NCBI RefSeq assembly: GCF_016056305.1 | Contig: NZ_JAECZC010000086.1 | Coordinates: 66,945-130,944 of the forward strand | Source: Amazonocrinis nigriterrae CENA67 | GTDB taxonomy: Bacteria > Cyanobacteriota > Cyanobacteriia > Cyanobacteriales > Nostocaceae | Reading direction: 5' to 3' | DNA length: 64,000 nt | In this document: positions 53,101 to 62,312 of the stretch, in pieces | Position numbering within the stretch: position 1 is the stretch's first letter | Layout of the letters: each line of letters begins with the position of its first letter | Made by a program: the position numbers and the translations under genes | The notes under the pieces: generated by a model | Seen by the model: the letters and a program-made list of their open reading frames with translations, nothing else | What the model was told of the DNA's origin: nothing | The model's database searches: none

Positions 53101-54723
53101 CTAGCCAGAAACATCAAAATGGGAATCTGTCTGGATTGCTTCCAATTTCGCCATAATTTGGGGCTTGATTTTTTCGTACTCGTTTTTCAGTAAACTTTTA
53201 CTAAGTTGGGGGTCAGCGGCTGATACGAGAGTTTTGCCCGCTACTACCCATTGTTGCAGGCGTTGACGTTGGGCAGGGGCGATAGTAGCAACTAGGATAT
53301 GAGAACACTTATTTGGTGTCTCACGGGCAAAGAACAGAAGACGATAATAGCCTGTTTGCCCCAGTAAGTACGTGATTTCTTGACCGAGATGAGTTTTGAG
53401 ATCAAGGTAGTAAGGCAGCCATTTAGCACCGTGTTTGCGATTGTAGATCACAGTAATCCAAAGCACCATGGGGTGGGGAACCGTGATGAACAGAAATTGA
53501 TTGTAACGCTGACAAAGTATGCGCTTGAGAATTTCTCTTTCTGGTAGCATCACCCATAGAGCAGGTAAAGTTTCTCCATTGGCATGAATGGACTGGGGAA
53601 AAACAATATTGGCAATAGGTTTATTTTCAGGCCAGGAAATCGAACGAATTATTTCATCGTTTGACAGGGTTACTTGCAAGTCGGCTTTGATCTTCGGCTG
53701 TGAATCGGTTTGAAGTGTAATGGTATGACTAGGCGCATTATTAATAATTTGAATTGTATGCGTATTGTAGTCAGATATATTATTACTATCTGAAATAGCG
53801 TGTGTACGGTAGTGCTGTTCTACAGATTCTAATATACGCAGGATTTCGCTGATACTTTGGGGGCGATCGCGTGGTGCTTTGGCTAGGCAACTCATCACCA
53901 AATTTTCTACTTCCTTGGGAATTTGTAGTCCAGGAGCAACCTCAGCAAAAGTACTTGGTTCTTGGCTATGATGTGTTTTATACCATGCGCCAAATGAGTG
54001 GCTTGGTGCAAGCAGTGGCATCTTGCCTGTAAGCATCTCAAACATCATCACGCCTAGACTATAAATATCAGAGCGATTGTCTAATTCTTTACCTTCCATC
54101 TGTTCGGGAGAAGAATAAGCCAGCGTTCCCAAATAGTATTTTGTATGGTCGCTATTAGCTTGTAGTAACTTAGCAATACCAAAATCCAGAACCTTTACCA
54201 ACTCTCCAAAACTGGCATCTTGAATCACCAGCATATTGCTGGGCTTAATATCACGATGAATAATTGGATAGATTTTGCCATCAACCGGGATGCCATCATG
54301 AGCGCACTTTAACCCCAAGCTGATTTGACGTGTCATACTCAGGAATCTGGGCAAAGATAAATTTTGCTGGCGAATAATTTGGTTTAGGCTATCCCCTTGC
54401 AAATATTCCATCACATAGAACGGCGTGTTATTCTCGTCTACGCCATAGTCCATCACTCGAACAATGTGAATGCTTTTTTGCCCAAGTAAAGCACAGGTTT
54501 TTGCTTCTCGCTCAAAGCGTTCTTGTAACCGTATCTTTTCGTTTTGTATGGATAGCGCGAGAAACTTCACAGCAACGGGCACGCCTCCCAACAAAATATC
54601 CTTAGCACGATAAACCCTACCCATTGCTCCAGTACCGATTAACTCCTGAAGCTGGTAGCGTTTGGCGAGTAAGTGCCCAATGTTGGGGTCTGACATAGAA
54701 CATTCGACTCCAATATTTAACAA
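53101..54723 (-). CDS. Ser/Thr protein kinase with C-terminal domain of unknown function
   Basis: 540 aa; kinase motifs GTGAMGRVYRA, HRDIKPSNML, DFGIAK, SPEQ; C-terminal about 200 aa uncharacterised. Confidence 0.85.
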   Translation of the reverse strand: MLNIGVECSMSDPNIGHLLAKRYQLQELIGTGAMGRVYRAKDILLGGVPVAVKFLALSIQNEKIRLQERFEREAKTCALLGQKSIHIVRVMDYGVDENNTPFYVMEYLQGDSLNQIIRQQNLSLPRFLSMTRQISLGLKCAHDGIPVDGKIYPIIHRDIKPSNMLVIQDASFGELVKVLDFGIAKLLQANSDHTKYYLGTLAYSSPEQMEGKELDNRSDIYSLGVMMFEMLTGKMPLLAPSHSFGAWYKTHHSQEPSTFAEVAPGLQIPKEVENLVMSCLAKAPRDRPQSISEILRILESVEQHYRTHAISDSNNISDYNTHTIQIINNAPSHTITLQTDSQPKIKADLQVTLSNDEIIRSISWPENKPIANIVFPQSIHANGETLPALWVMLPEREILKRILCQRYNQFLFITVPHPMVLWITVIYNRKHGAKWLPYYLDLKTHLGQEITYLLGQTGYYRLLFFARETPNKCSHILVATIAPAQRQRLQQWVVAGKTLVSAADPQLSKSLLKNEYEKIKPQIMAKLEAIQTDSHFDVSG

Positions 54724-54890
54724 TTGTGGATAAAACCTATCTAGGAGGCAGTTTGTAAGTATTTGAATAAAAAAAGTGCGCTGAAATATAATAAGTATAT
54801 TTGCTTAAAAAAATAGTACTATTTTGCACTTTGATTGTAATTTCTTATTTAGTTTGCCCAATTTTGGCAAAATAGTTACTTAGGAGTTAA

Positions 54891-55340
54891 CTATTGTTTT
54901 GCCTGACGCACCATGCTAGCTTCCATTGTACTGATGAGAAAATGACCTGACATCATACCACTACTTAAGTAATATGTATCATCTGACATTCGATGCATAG
55001 TTTCAAAGCCACTACGACGTTCGCGATCGCTTAATACCCAATAACGCTGTACAATAGTATCCGGGCCAATCCAACCCTCGCCTTCAGATTGCCCCAAAAT
55101 ATTATTTTGGAGTAAAAAAGTATACTGGCGTTCTTGCTCATGGAAACGCCCTTTGTATTGCAAAGAGATTTCCGAGCGATCGCTGCCTGGAAATATAAGT
55201 TTTGTTGCCATAGTGAACCAGTTATCTCGATTCCAAGCGACCAGGGTCATACCCTTGACGCTGATTGGCAAGCCATTACGCTCCAGCCAACTTCCTTGCA
55301 TTGTCCAGCGTCCTGGTTCCAATAAAAAAGTGTGAGCCAC
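54891..55340 (-). CDS. hypothetical protein
   Basis: 149-aa ORF, beta-rich composition, no motif recognised. Confidence 0.4.
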   Translation of the reverse strand: MAHTFLLEPGRWTMQGSWLERNGLPISVKGMTLVAWNRDNWFTMATKLIFPGSDRSEISLQYKGRFHEQERQYTFLLQNNILGQSEGEGWIGPDTIVQRYWVLSDRERRSGFETMHRMSDDTYYLSSGMMSGHFLISTMEASMVRQAKQ

Positions 55341-55414
55341 CTTATATATACCTTGCCTTGATCGAGTACCGCTCAGATTTAAAGATATCTATGAAACAAG
55401 GAAATGTCAGGTGG

Positions 55415-55510
55415 CAGATATAGTAAAGTGCTGAGTGCTGAGTGCTGAGTGCTGAGTTAGAAGTGAAAAATTATCCCCCTCATCCCCCTCATCTCCCTCA
55501 TCCCCCTCAT
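55415..55510. repeat. composite repeat (GTGCTGA)4 - TAGAAGTGAAAAATTATC - (CCCTCAT)4, copy A, downstream of anmK
   Basis: Near-identical direct copy at 56790-56890 on the other side of anmK. Confidence 0.85.
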
Positions 55511-56757
55511 CTCAAAATACCGTGAATTTCTCCCAAAAGTACTTCAATAGGTGCGCCAGTGGCGGCGGGTAAGTTGCCAGGAATACCTAGCTGGCGCCAA
55601 TAGGCTAAAACTGCAAAAGCGATCGCTTCTTTAAAATCCGCATTCAAGCCGACTTCATCTGTAGTGCATACTGGCACTGATGGTAACAATGTCTGTAATC
55701 TTTGTTTTAAGTAAAGATTGCGACTACCGCCACCGCATAATAGTATGCGCTGTGGCATTTGCGGTAAAAAAGTTTGGTAACTATGAACAATGGAAGCAAC
55801 TGTGAGTTCTGTAAGGGTTGCTAGTATATCAGCGGGACTGAGTTGATATGCTTCGGCGTCTTTTAAACACTCATGCAGGTAAGCCACACCGAATAGTTCG
55901 CGACCAGTAGACTTAGGCGGTGGTAGATGAAAGTAATCTTGGCTGAGCCATTGTTCTACTAGTGGATAACACGGTGTACCACTTGCTGCCCATGTGCCAT
56001 TTTCATCATAAGTTTTAGCGCCAGCAGTTAAATGTTGCACTGCCAAATCCAACAAACTATTTGCTGGACCAGTATCCCAGCCGCGAATTTTAGCAAGCCA
56101 GTCATCACGCCGAGGCGGTATATAGGCAACATTACCAATACCACCTAGATTCTGAACACAACGTCCTTCTTCAGGGTGACTAAGCAAAAAAGCATCGACT
56201 CTAGGCACAAGAGGCGCACCGTGACCACCAATAGCTATATCAGCAACACGAAAATTGCTCACCGTAGTAATACCCGTCAGATGAGCAATCAAAGCACCAC
56301 GACCGAGTTGCAAACTATAACCTAATGGAGAGTGAGGAGTTAGGAGTGAGGAGTGAAAAGTTTTTCTACCTTCTGTATTTTTGCCTACTCCCCTGCTCCC
56401 CTGCTCCCCTGCTCCCCCTGCTCCCTCTGCTCCCCCTGCTTTTTCCGGCGGTCGATGATACACTGTCTGACCGTGGGAACCTATCAAAGTTGCTGGTTGG
56501 TGGTTAGCTTGAATATTTTGGGCAGCTTCAGCAAAAGCAAAAGCGATCGCATCATCTATTTGTGCCAATTCTGCCATTGAAATAGCTTCCCCAGCGCAGA
56601 CTGCCAAGATTTTCTCTTTGAGTCCAGCCGCGTAAGGATATGTTTCTCCAGCTAACAACTCAACTTTGAGATCCAATTCTCTACCATAAATGTCTACCAA
56701 AGCAGCGTCTATGCCATCTACAGACGTGCCACTTATTAAACCAATAACGCGAGTCAT
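55507..56757 (-). CDS. anmK: anhydro-N-acetylmuramic acid kinase, carrying an in-frame repeat-encoded insertion
   Basis: 416 aa. [15 protein letters not shown]...[11 protein letters not shown]...LQLG....[23 protein letters not shown] colinear with AnmK. About 44 extra Gly/Ala-rich residues between HRP and LQLG are encoded by heptamer repeats. Confidence 0.85.
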   Translation of the reverse strand: MTRVIGLISGTSVDGIDAALVDIYGRELDLKVELLAGETYPYAAGLKEKILAVCAGEAISMAELAQIDDAIAFAFAEAAQNIQANHQPATLIGSHGQTVYHRPPEKAGGAEGAGGAGEQGSRGVGKNTEGRKTFHSSLLTPHSPLGYSLQLGRGALIAHLTGITTVSNFRVADIAIGGHGAPLVPRVDAFLLSHPEEGRCVQNLGGIGNVAYIPPRRDDWLAKIRGWDTGPANSLLDLAVQHLTAGAKTYDENGTWAASGTPCYPLVEQWLSQDYFHLPPPKSTGRELFGVAYLHECLKDAEAYQLSPADILATLTELTVASIVHSYQTFLPQMPQRILLCGGGSRNLYLKQRLQTLLPSVPVCTTDEVGLNADFKEAIAFAVLAYWRQLGIPGNLPAATGAPIEVLLGEIHGILR

Positions 56758-56900
56758 AAATAATATTGTCAGTTGTCAGTTGTCAGTGGTCAAAAGTGCT
56801 GAGTGCTGAGTGCTGAGTGCTGAGTGAGGAGTTAGGAGTTAGGAGTGAAAAATTATCTCCCTCATCCCCCTCATCCCCCTCATCTTCCCCTGCTCCGAAA
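56758..56900. repeat. composite repeat copy B, upstream of anmK: (CAGTTGT)n - (GTGCTGA)4 - (AGGAGTT)2 - GTGAAAAATTATC - (CCCTCAT)3 - CCCCTGCTCC
   Basis: Direct repeat of 55415-55510 with an additional AGGAGTT insertion. Confidence 0.85.
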
Positions 56901-56917
56901 GCTCCCCTGCTACAATT

Positions 56918-59900
56918 TCACTCCGATTCTCCAATCAGGGTAAACGCCGCCCAGTGTAAGGGAGACTGATATTTTTCCTTTGTCGCTAGCATTGCCATGC
57001 GTAAAGCTGTAGCTTTGTCAAGGTTTTTTTGTAAATTTTGATAAAATTCGGTCATTAAAAATGCTGTGGATTGATCGTCTACAGACCACAAAGACACTAA
57101 CACACTCTCTGCACCTGCGCTAATCAAAGAACGGGACAATCCAATTACCCCATCACCAGAAATACTACCGCCTCCTGTATCACAGGCACTCAATACCACT
57201 AAATTAGCGGATAGTTGCAAGTCGAGGATTTCGCCAGCGGTGAGCAAACCATCACCATTGTCATCATTGCTGGGTGGGGTATCTGGTGCAAGAGCGATCG
57301 CACCTGGTACACCTAAACCGAGAAAATCATCGAGTAAGCCGTGAGTTGCTAAATGAATTAATTTAGCTTGTGGTAACTTTTGTGTAATGGCTCTTTCTGT
57401 GGCATTTTTGCCGATGATAGCTTGGGTTTTGAATAATTGAGCGATCGCTTTTGCTTCTCGTTCTGCGCCTGGTAAAGCTTTTAACGTCCGCTGCTGAGGA
57501 TCTACGGTGATGGGAAGCTTGGGCATTGTGGGATTACCGACAATCAGCATTTCATCGGGGGATTGGGGAAATTGCCGCTGTTGTTTATGGGTTAAATCTA
57601 ATACTTGAATTGCCGGAGCAGTGAGGATAGTATGTTTTTCAATTAAATATTTACCGTTTTGGTCTTGCAGTGCCGCAAAGGGAACTTGAAAAAGGGAATC
57701 TTGGGGAATGAAAATTACCCGTTGGTTGGGGTCTAGTGGTAATTGGTCAGCAATGGGTTGTATTAATAGTTCATGCAGTTTTTTTAATTGGTGTTGCTGA
57801 TTATCTGGATTAAATTTTATGTCAAAAATACCGCGACCTCTGACACCGACAGATTGACGACTGGTGGTAACTAATTCGGCGAGAGTTGTATTATCTTTTT
57901 GCCACAGTGGTGTAATATCTTTGATGTGAAATGTGACTTCCCCTGTGGGCTTGATGACCCAAATATAGAGTTTTGATTCATGCCATTCTGATTTTTTTTG
58001 AGTTTTGAATTTTTCACGAATAATTGAATATTCAACAAAGGTTGCTTTTTGTTCTTTGGCAATTTGTTTGAGTTGGTTAATAGTGGGTGGGTTACTGTTT
58101 ACTTTGGTGTTGCTTTTGAATTTAGACGCTAATAACTCTACAAATGCACGCGCACGACTGCGTTCAGAAATTTCTAAAGCTGCTTCCGGTTGCTTTTGGG
58201 CAATGAGTGCTTGTTGTAAAAATTTGTATGAATCAAGTTGTGTATCAATGAGAGATATTTTATCGGTGTCTTTTAAATCTATTCGTAGAGATTCTGAAAC
58301 TTTAATTCCAGCGCGTAAAGTTTCTGTGGCTTGTTGAAGTTTGCCTGTTTGCCAAAAAGCGTAACCTATATTGCTGAGAGTTGTACCCTCGCCTGCTGTA
58401 TCGCCGATTTGTTTGGCAATGACTAAAGCTTGCTGATAGTAATCTATAGCTTTGGCGTACTGCCCCTGGTTGTCGTAAACTCCCCCAAGATTGTTGAAAG
58501 TTGTACCCTCGCCTGCTGTATCGCCGATTTGTTTAAAAATAGCTAAAGCTTGCTGAAAATACTCTATAGCTTTGGCGTACTGTCCTTGGCTGCGGTAAAC
58601 TTCCCCAAGGTTGCTGAGAGTTGTACCCTCGCCTGCTGTATCGCCGATTTGTTTGGCAATGACTAAAGCTTGCTGATAGTAATCTATAGCTTTGGCGTAC
58701 TGCCCCTGGTTGTCGTAAACTAACCCAAGATTGTTGAGAGTTGTAGCTTCGCCTGCTGTATCGCCGATTTGTTTTCTAATGACTAAAGCTTGCTGATAGT
58801 ACTCCATAGCTTTGGCATACTGTCCCTGGTTATCGTAAACTGCCCCAAGATTATTGAGAATTGTACCAACGCCTGCTGTATCGACGATTTGTTTAAAAAT
58901 AGCTAAAGCTTGCTGATAGTACTCAATGGCTTTGGCGTACTGCCCCTGGTTTTTGTAAACTCCTCCAAGATTGTTGAGAGTTGTACTTTCGCCTGCTGTA
59001 TCGCCGATTTGTTTTCTAATGACTAAAGCTTGCTGATAGTAATCTATAGCTTTGGCGTACTGCCCCTGGTTATCGTAAACTACTCCAAGATTGTTGAGAG
59101 TTGCACCAACGCCTGCTGTATCGCCGATTTGTTTAACAATAGCTAAAGCTTGCTGATAGTACTCAATGGCTTTAGCGTACTGCCCCTGGTTGTCGTAAAC
59201 TAACCCAAGATTATTGAGAATTGTACCAACGCCTGCTGTACCGCCGATTTGTTTAAAAATAGCTAAAGCTTGCTGATAGTAGTCTATAGCTTTGGCGTAC
59301 TGCCCCTGGTTGTCGTAAACTAACCCAAGATTGTTAAGAGTTGTAGCTTCGCCTGCTGTATCGCCAATTTGTTTTCTAATGACTAAAGCTTGCTGATAGT
59401 ACTCTATGGCTTTAGCGTACTGTCCCTGGTTTTTGTAAACTGCTCCAAGATTATTGAGAATTTTACCTTCTACTGGTGTACCGCCGATTTGTTTAATAAT
59501 GGCTAAAGCTTGCTGATAGTACTCTATAGCTTTGGCGTACTGCCCCTGGTTGTCGTAAACTAACCCAAGATTATTGAGAATTGTACCAACGCCTGCTGTA
59601 TCGCCGATTTGTTTAAAAATGGCTAAAGCTTGCTGATAGTAGTCAATGGCTTTGGCGTACTGTCCCTGGCTGTCGTAAACTGCTCCAAGATTGTTGAGAG
59701 TTCTACCAACGCCTGCTGTATCGCCGATTTGTTTAAAAATAGCTAAAGCTTGCTGATAGTAATCTATAGCTTTGGCGTACTGTCCCAAGCTGCGGTAAAC
59801 TACCCCAAGATTGTTGAGAGTCGTTCCTTCACCTGCTTTGTCGCCGATTTCTCTACGAATCAGCAAAACTTTCTCAAATGTTTCTAACGCTTCTCGAAGC

Positions 59901-60085
59901 TTTCCTTGGCGATACTGTTGAATACCCAGTTGGTTGAGTCTATCGGCTTGTGCTTTGCGGTTTTGATTGCTTGGTGTCTGTGCTTGGGCTATTGTTGGGG
60001 TGATTGCAGCTAGTTGTAGAGGATGACTCAGGTATAAGAGTAAGCTTGCTGCTATCAGGCTGAGAGGGTAGAAGGTCTTTTGCAT
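56918..60085 (-). CDS. CHAT-domain protease with about 13 tandem 40-residue TPR-like repeats
   Basis: 1055 aa. Signal peptide; repeats LNNLG.VY..QGQYAKAI.YYQQAL.I.KQIGD.AG; C-terminal CHAT domain with the caspase-like His...Cys dyad (LATHG..., VVLSACDTG). Confidence 0.85.
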   Translation of the reverse strand: MQKTFYPLSLIAASLLLYLSHPLQLAAITPTIAQAQTPSNQNRKAQADRLNQLGIQQYRQGKLREALETFEKVLLIRREIGDKAGEGTTLNNLGVVYRSLGQYAKAIDYYQQALAIFKQIGDTAGVGRTLNNLGAVYDSQGQYAKAIDYYQQALAIFKQIGDTAGVGTILNNLGLVYDNQGQYAKAIEYYQQALAIIKQIGGTPVEGKILNNLGAVYKNQGQYAKAIEYYQQALVIRKQIGDTAGEATTLNNLGLVYDNQGQYAKAIDYYQQALAIFKQIGGTAGVGTILNNLGLVYDNQGQYAKAIEYYQQALAIVKQIGDTAGVGATLNNLGVVYDNQGQYAKAIDYYQQALVIRKQIGDTAGESTTLNNLGGVYKNQGQYAKAIEYYQQALAIFKQIVDTAGVGTILNNLGAVYDNQGQYAKAMEYYQQALVIRKQIGDTAGEATTLNNLGLVYDNQGQYAKAIDYYQQALVIAKQIGDTAGEGTTLSNLGEVYRSQGQYAKAIEYFQQALAIFKQIGDTAGEGTTFNNLGGVYDNQGQYAKAIDYYQQALVIAKQIGDTAGEGTTLSNIGYAFWQTGKLQQATETLRAGIKVSESLRIDLKDTDKISLIDTQLDSYKFLQQALIAQKQPEAALEISERSRARAFVELLASKFKSNTKVNSNPPTINQLKQIAKEQKATFVEYSIIREKFKTQKKSEWHESKLYIWVIKPTGEVTFHIKDITPLWQKDNTTLAELVTTSRQSVGVRGRGIFDIKFNPDNQQHQLKKLHELLIQPIADQLPLDPNQRVIFIPQDSLFQVPFAALQDQNGKYLIEKHTILTAPAIQVLDLTHKQQRQFPQSPDEMLIVGNPTMPKLPITVDPQQRTLKALPGAEREAKAIAQLFKTQAIIGKNATERAITQKLPQAKLIHLATHGLLDDFLGLGVPGAIALAPDTPPSNDDNGDGLLTAGEILDLQLSANLVVLSACDTGGGSISGDGVIGLSRSLISAGAESVLVSLWSVDDQSTAFLMTEFYQNLQKNLDKATALRMAMLATKEKYQSPLHWAAFTLIGESE
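58380..59900 (-). repeat. about 13 near-identical tandem 120-bp coding repeats (40-residue TPR-like units) inside the CHAT gene
   Basis: Recurring ...GTTGTACC(A/C)(A/T)CGCCTGCTGTATCGCCGATTTGTTT...GCTAAAGCTTGCTGATAGTA(A/C)TC(T/A)ATAGCTTTGGCGTACTG(C/T)CCCTGG... every 120 bp. Confidence 0.9.
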
Positions 60086-60394
60086 GGGAGGTTGCGAAAT
60101 CAGGAGATGATTACGTTATGTAGCTATATCTCTCATGTTTCTGGGGTTATGTAATTTGCAATATATATTTTTATCTCACGCAGAGGCGCAAAGGCGCAAA
60201 GAACAGAGGCGCTAAGAAGAATGTTAAGGGTGTCTTAACGAGAATAAGTATATTCTGCAAGGATTGTTAAAAGTCATCAGTCATCAGTTATCGCTCATCG
60301 GTCAACCAATTTCTCTAATTATGATTGATTATTGATTGATTCTGTCTGTAATTGTTGTATTTCCTCAACAGTACAGCACCGCCACTTGCTTTAA

Positions 60395-60490
60395 GCTGGG
60401 AAACCCTTTCGGCAATCGCTCATGGGGGAACCCCCGCCTTTTGCGCGCAGCGTTAGCGACGCTGCGCTAACACCAACGCAGTGGCTCCTC
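60395..60490. repeat. MITE-like repeat copy
   Basis: CTCATGGGGGAACCCCCGCC...GCAGCGTTAGCGACGCTGCGCTAAC...CGCAGTGGCTCC. Confidence 0.55.
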
Positions 60491-60558
60491 TACCAGACTC
60501 AAATCTTTTGTGGTAATGGTTTTTTCGACTTGTGTGTACACTGTAGAACCCAAGGAGG

Positions 60559-60696
60559 GAGCGATCGCACAAGCACATACTCAATATATAGCAGTCGAAG
60601 CATAGTTGAGGACAATGTTGATTGCTACTAGCCTTGAAATAACTTGCTTTCTACTCAGCACTCAGCACTCAGCACTCAGCACTTTGCTATATTTCA
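60559..60696. repeat. about 140-bp dispersed non-coding repeat, copy 2
   Basis: Aligns with 15955-16132 apart from the nested insertion present in copy 1; both copies begin right after a GAGCGATCGCA HIP1 site. Confidence 0.75.
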
Positions 60697-61204
60697 AAAT
60701 TACTGTTAGTAATGTTCCAACTACGTATTGAGTATTTTTTTCAGTTTGATATTACTTAATTTTTTATGCAATTTTACGGCATTCTAACAGTGAAACGTAT
60801 AAAATTATTACAAGCATGTCAGCAGTTTAAAGTAATGGGATAATCAAATGACAATTTCAGCCTAGTGAATATATTATTTACATTTGAACTCGTTAGATGA
60901 TGCCAACAAATAGATGTATTGTTAATTGCTTGATTTGAAATTGATGAAATTACTTTAGCATATTTCTCTAACTTTTAAGAGAAACAATTGCTTTCAGCAC
61001 AAACATCCGATAATACTAATATTGATGCAAAAATCTACTAATCAATACAACTGTTTAGCAACTAATGAATGCTAGCCTGCACTTTACACACCTATGATCA
61101 GTCCGTATTGGCTTCACGAATATTTTGTTGAGTCAATATTTATTGCACACGTTTTTTAGAGGATGTTTTAAAAGTCCTATTATTAGTAGCCAAATATTTT
61201 AGAT

Positions 61205-61278
61205 CCCCCTAAATCCCCCTTAAAAAGGGGGACTTTGAGCAGTTATTCCCCCCCCTTAAAAAGGGGGGCTAGGGGGGA
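61205..61278 (+). promoter_or_regulatory. paired GC-stem hairpins (C5-TTAAAAA-G5 and C8-TTAAAAA-G6) flanked by C5 and G7 runs, about 50 nt upstream of the pstB-like ATG
   Basis: CCCCCTAAATCCCCCTTAAAAAGGGGGACTTTGAGCAGTTATTCCCCCCCCTTAAAAAGGGGGGCTAGGGGGGA, embedded in about 600 bp of AT-rich sequence. Confidence 0.35.
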
Positions 61279-61329
61279 TCGGCAAGTGCTTAAAGTCACC
61301 TCTAAAAACTTTTTAAACAACCTCTTAGC

Positions 61330-62115
61330 ATGAATAAACTAATTCCAGCCATCAGAGTCAAAAATCTCAACTTTTATTACAATACCCAAAAGGTACTCGA
61401 AGGAGTATCAATGGATATTTACCAAAGCAAAGTCACAGCAATTATTGGCCCTAGTGGTTGTGGAAAATCCACTTTTCTCAAATGCTTAAATCGCATGATT
61501 GAATTAGAAGGAGAAGTCAAAATTGAAGGTAAAGTAGAATTTTTTAATCAAAATATTTATGAGCGTCGAATCAACTTAAATCGCCTACGCCGCCAAGTTA
61601 GTATGATTCTCTCCAAGCCAAATCTTTTTCCCATGAGCATTTATGATAATGTTGCCTATGGAGTGAAAATAGTAGGATGGCGTCCGAAAGTAGAATTAGA
61701 CGAAATTGTAGAATTTGCAATTAAAGATGCTGACCTCTGGGATGAGGTGAAAAATAAATTACATAAATCGGCTTTAGAACTTTCTGGTGGACAACAACAA
61801 CGACTCTGTATTGCCCGTGCATTAGCAGTCAAACCAAAAGTTCTACTCATGGATGAGCCTTGTTTTGGTCTTGATGCCATTGCTAGCATGAAAGTTGAAA
61901 CTTTGATTCAAAGTTTACGTTTGCGTTCTGAATTGACAATGGTGATTATCAGCCACAATTTACAGCAAGTTACTCGTGTATCTGATTTCACGGCTTTCTT
62001 TTACAGCAATGAAAATCGTGTTGGTCAAATGGTTGAATTTGGTGTTACAAAGAAAATATTTACCAACCCTCTTGATTCCCGCACCCGCGACTATGTTTTA
62101 GCTCGTCGTAGTTAA
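61330..62115 (+). CDS. orphan PstB-family ABC ATPase with degenerate Q-loop
   Basis: 261 aa colinear with phosphate-import ATPase PstB. Walker A GPSGCGKST, signature LSGGQQQRLCIARA, Walker B LLMDEPCFGLD, H-loop ISHNLQQ. The Q-loop Gln is replaced (VSMILSKP versus PstB VGMVFQKP). No pstS/C/A genes nearby; low GC. Confidence 0.8.
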   Translation: MNKLIPAIRVKNLNFYYNTQKVLEGVSMDIYQSKVTAIIGPSGCGKSTFLKCLNRMIELEGEVKIEGKVEFFNQNIYERRINLNRLRRQVSMILSKPNLFPMSIYDNVAYGVKIVGWRPKVELDEIVEFAIKDADLWDEVKNKLHKSALELSGGQQQRLCIARALAVKPKVLLMDEPCFGLDAIASMKVETLIQSLRLRSELTMVIISHNLQQVTRVSDFTAFFYSNENRVGQMVEFGVTKKIFTNPLDSRTRDYVLARRS

Positions 62116-62312
62116 AATATTTGATGAGTGTAAGAGCAAAATTGGCATTTCCTACTAAAAATCACTTTCCCTCATCTTCTTAATCTTTTCCTGCTTTTGA
62201 TAGGTAGGCAGTTTCACGGTTCTCAGATACTTTCTTACCCTGATATAACATAGTTAAATTAACATCTTTAATGATGCTAAGAACCGGGTTGCCCTACTTC
62301 AATGTGTAAGTT

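Noticed and set aside
58380-59900. Regular 120-bp tandem repeats that could superficially resemble a CRISPR array
   Set aside because: The repeats are contiguous with no unique spacers and lie in frame inside a long ORF encoding 40-residue TPR-like units. No cas genes and no leader are present. They are coding tandem repeats.
61205-61278. G-quadruplex / i-motif interpretation of the G- and C-runs upstream of the pstB-like gene
   Set aside because: There are only three G-runs and three C-runs on a strand, and four would be needed. Watson-Crick hairpins with identical TTAAAAA loops explain the arrangement better.
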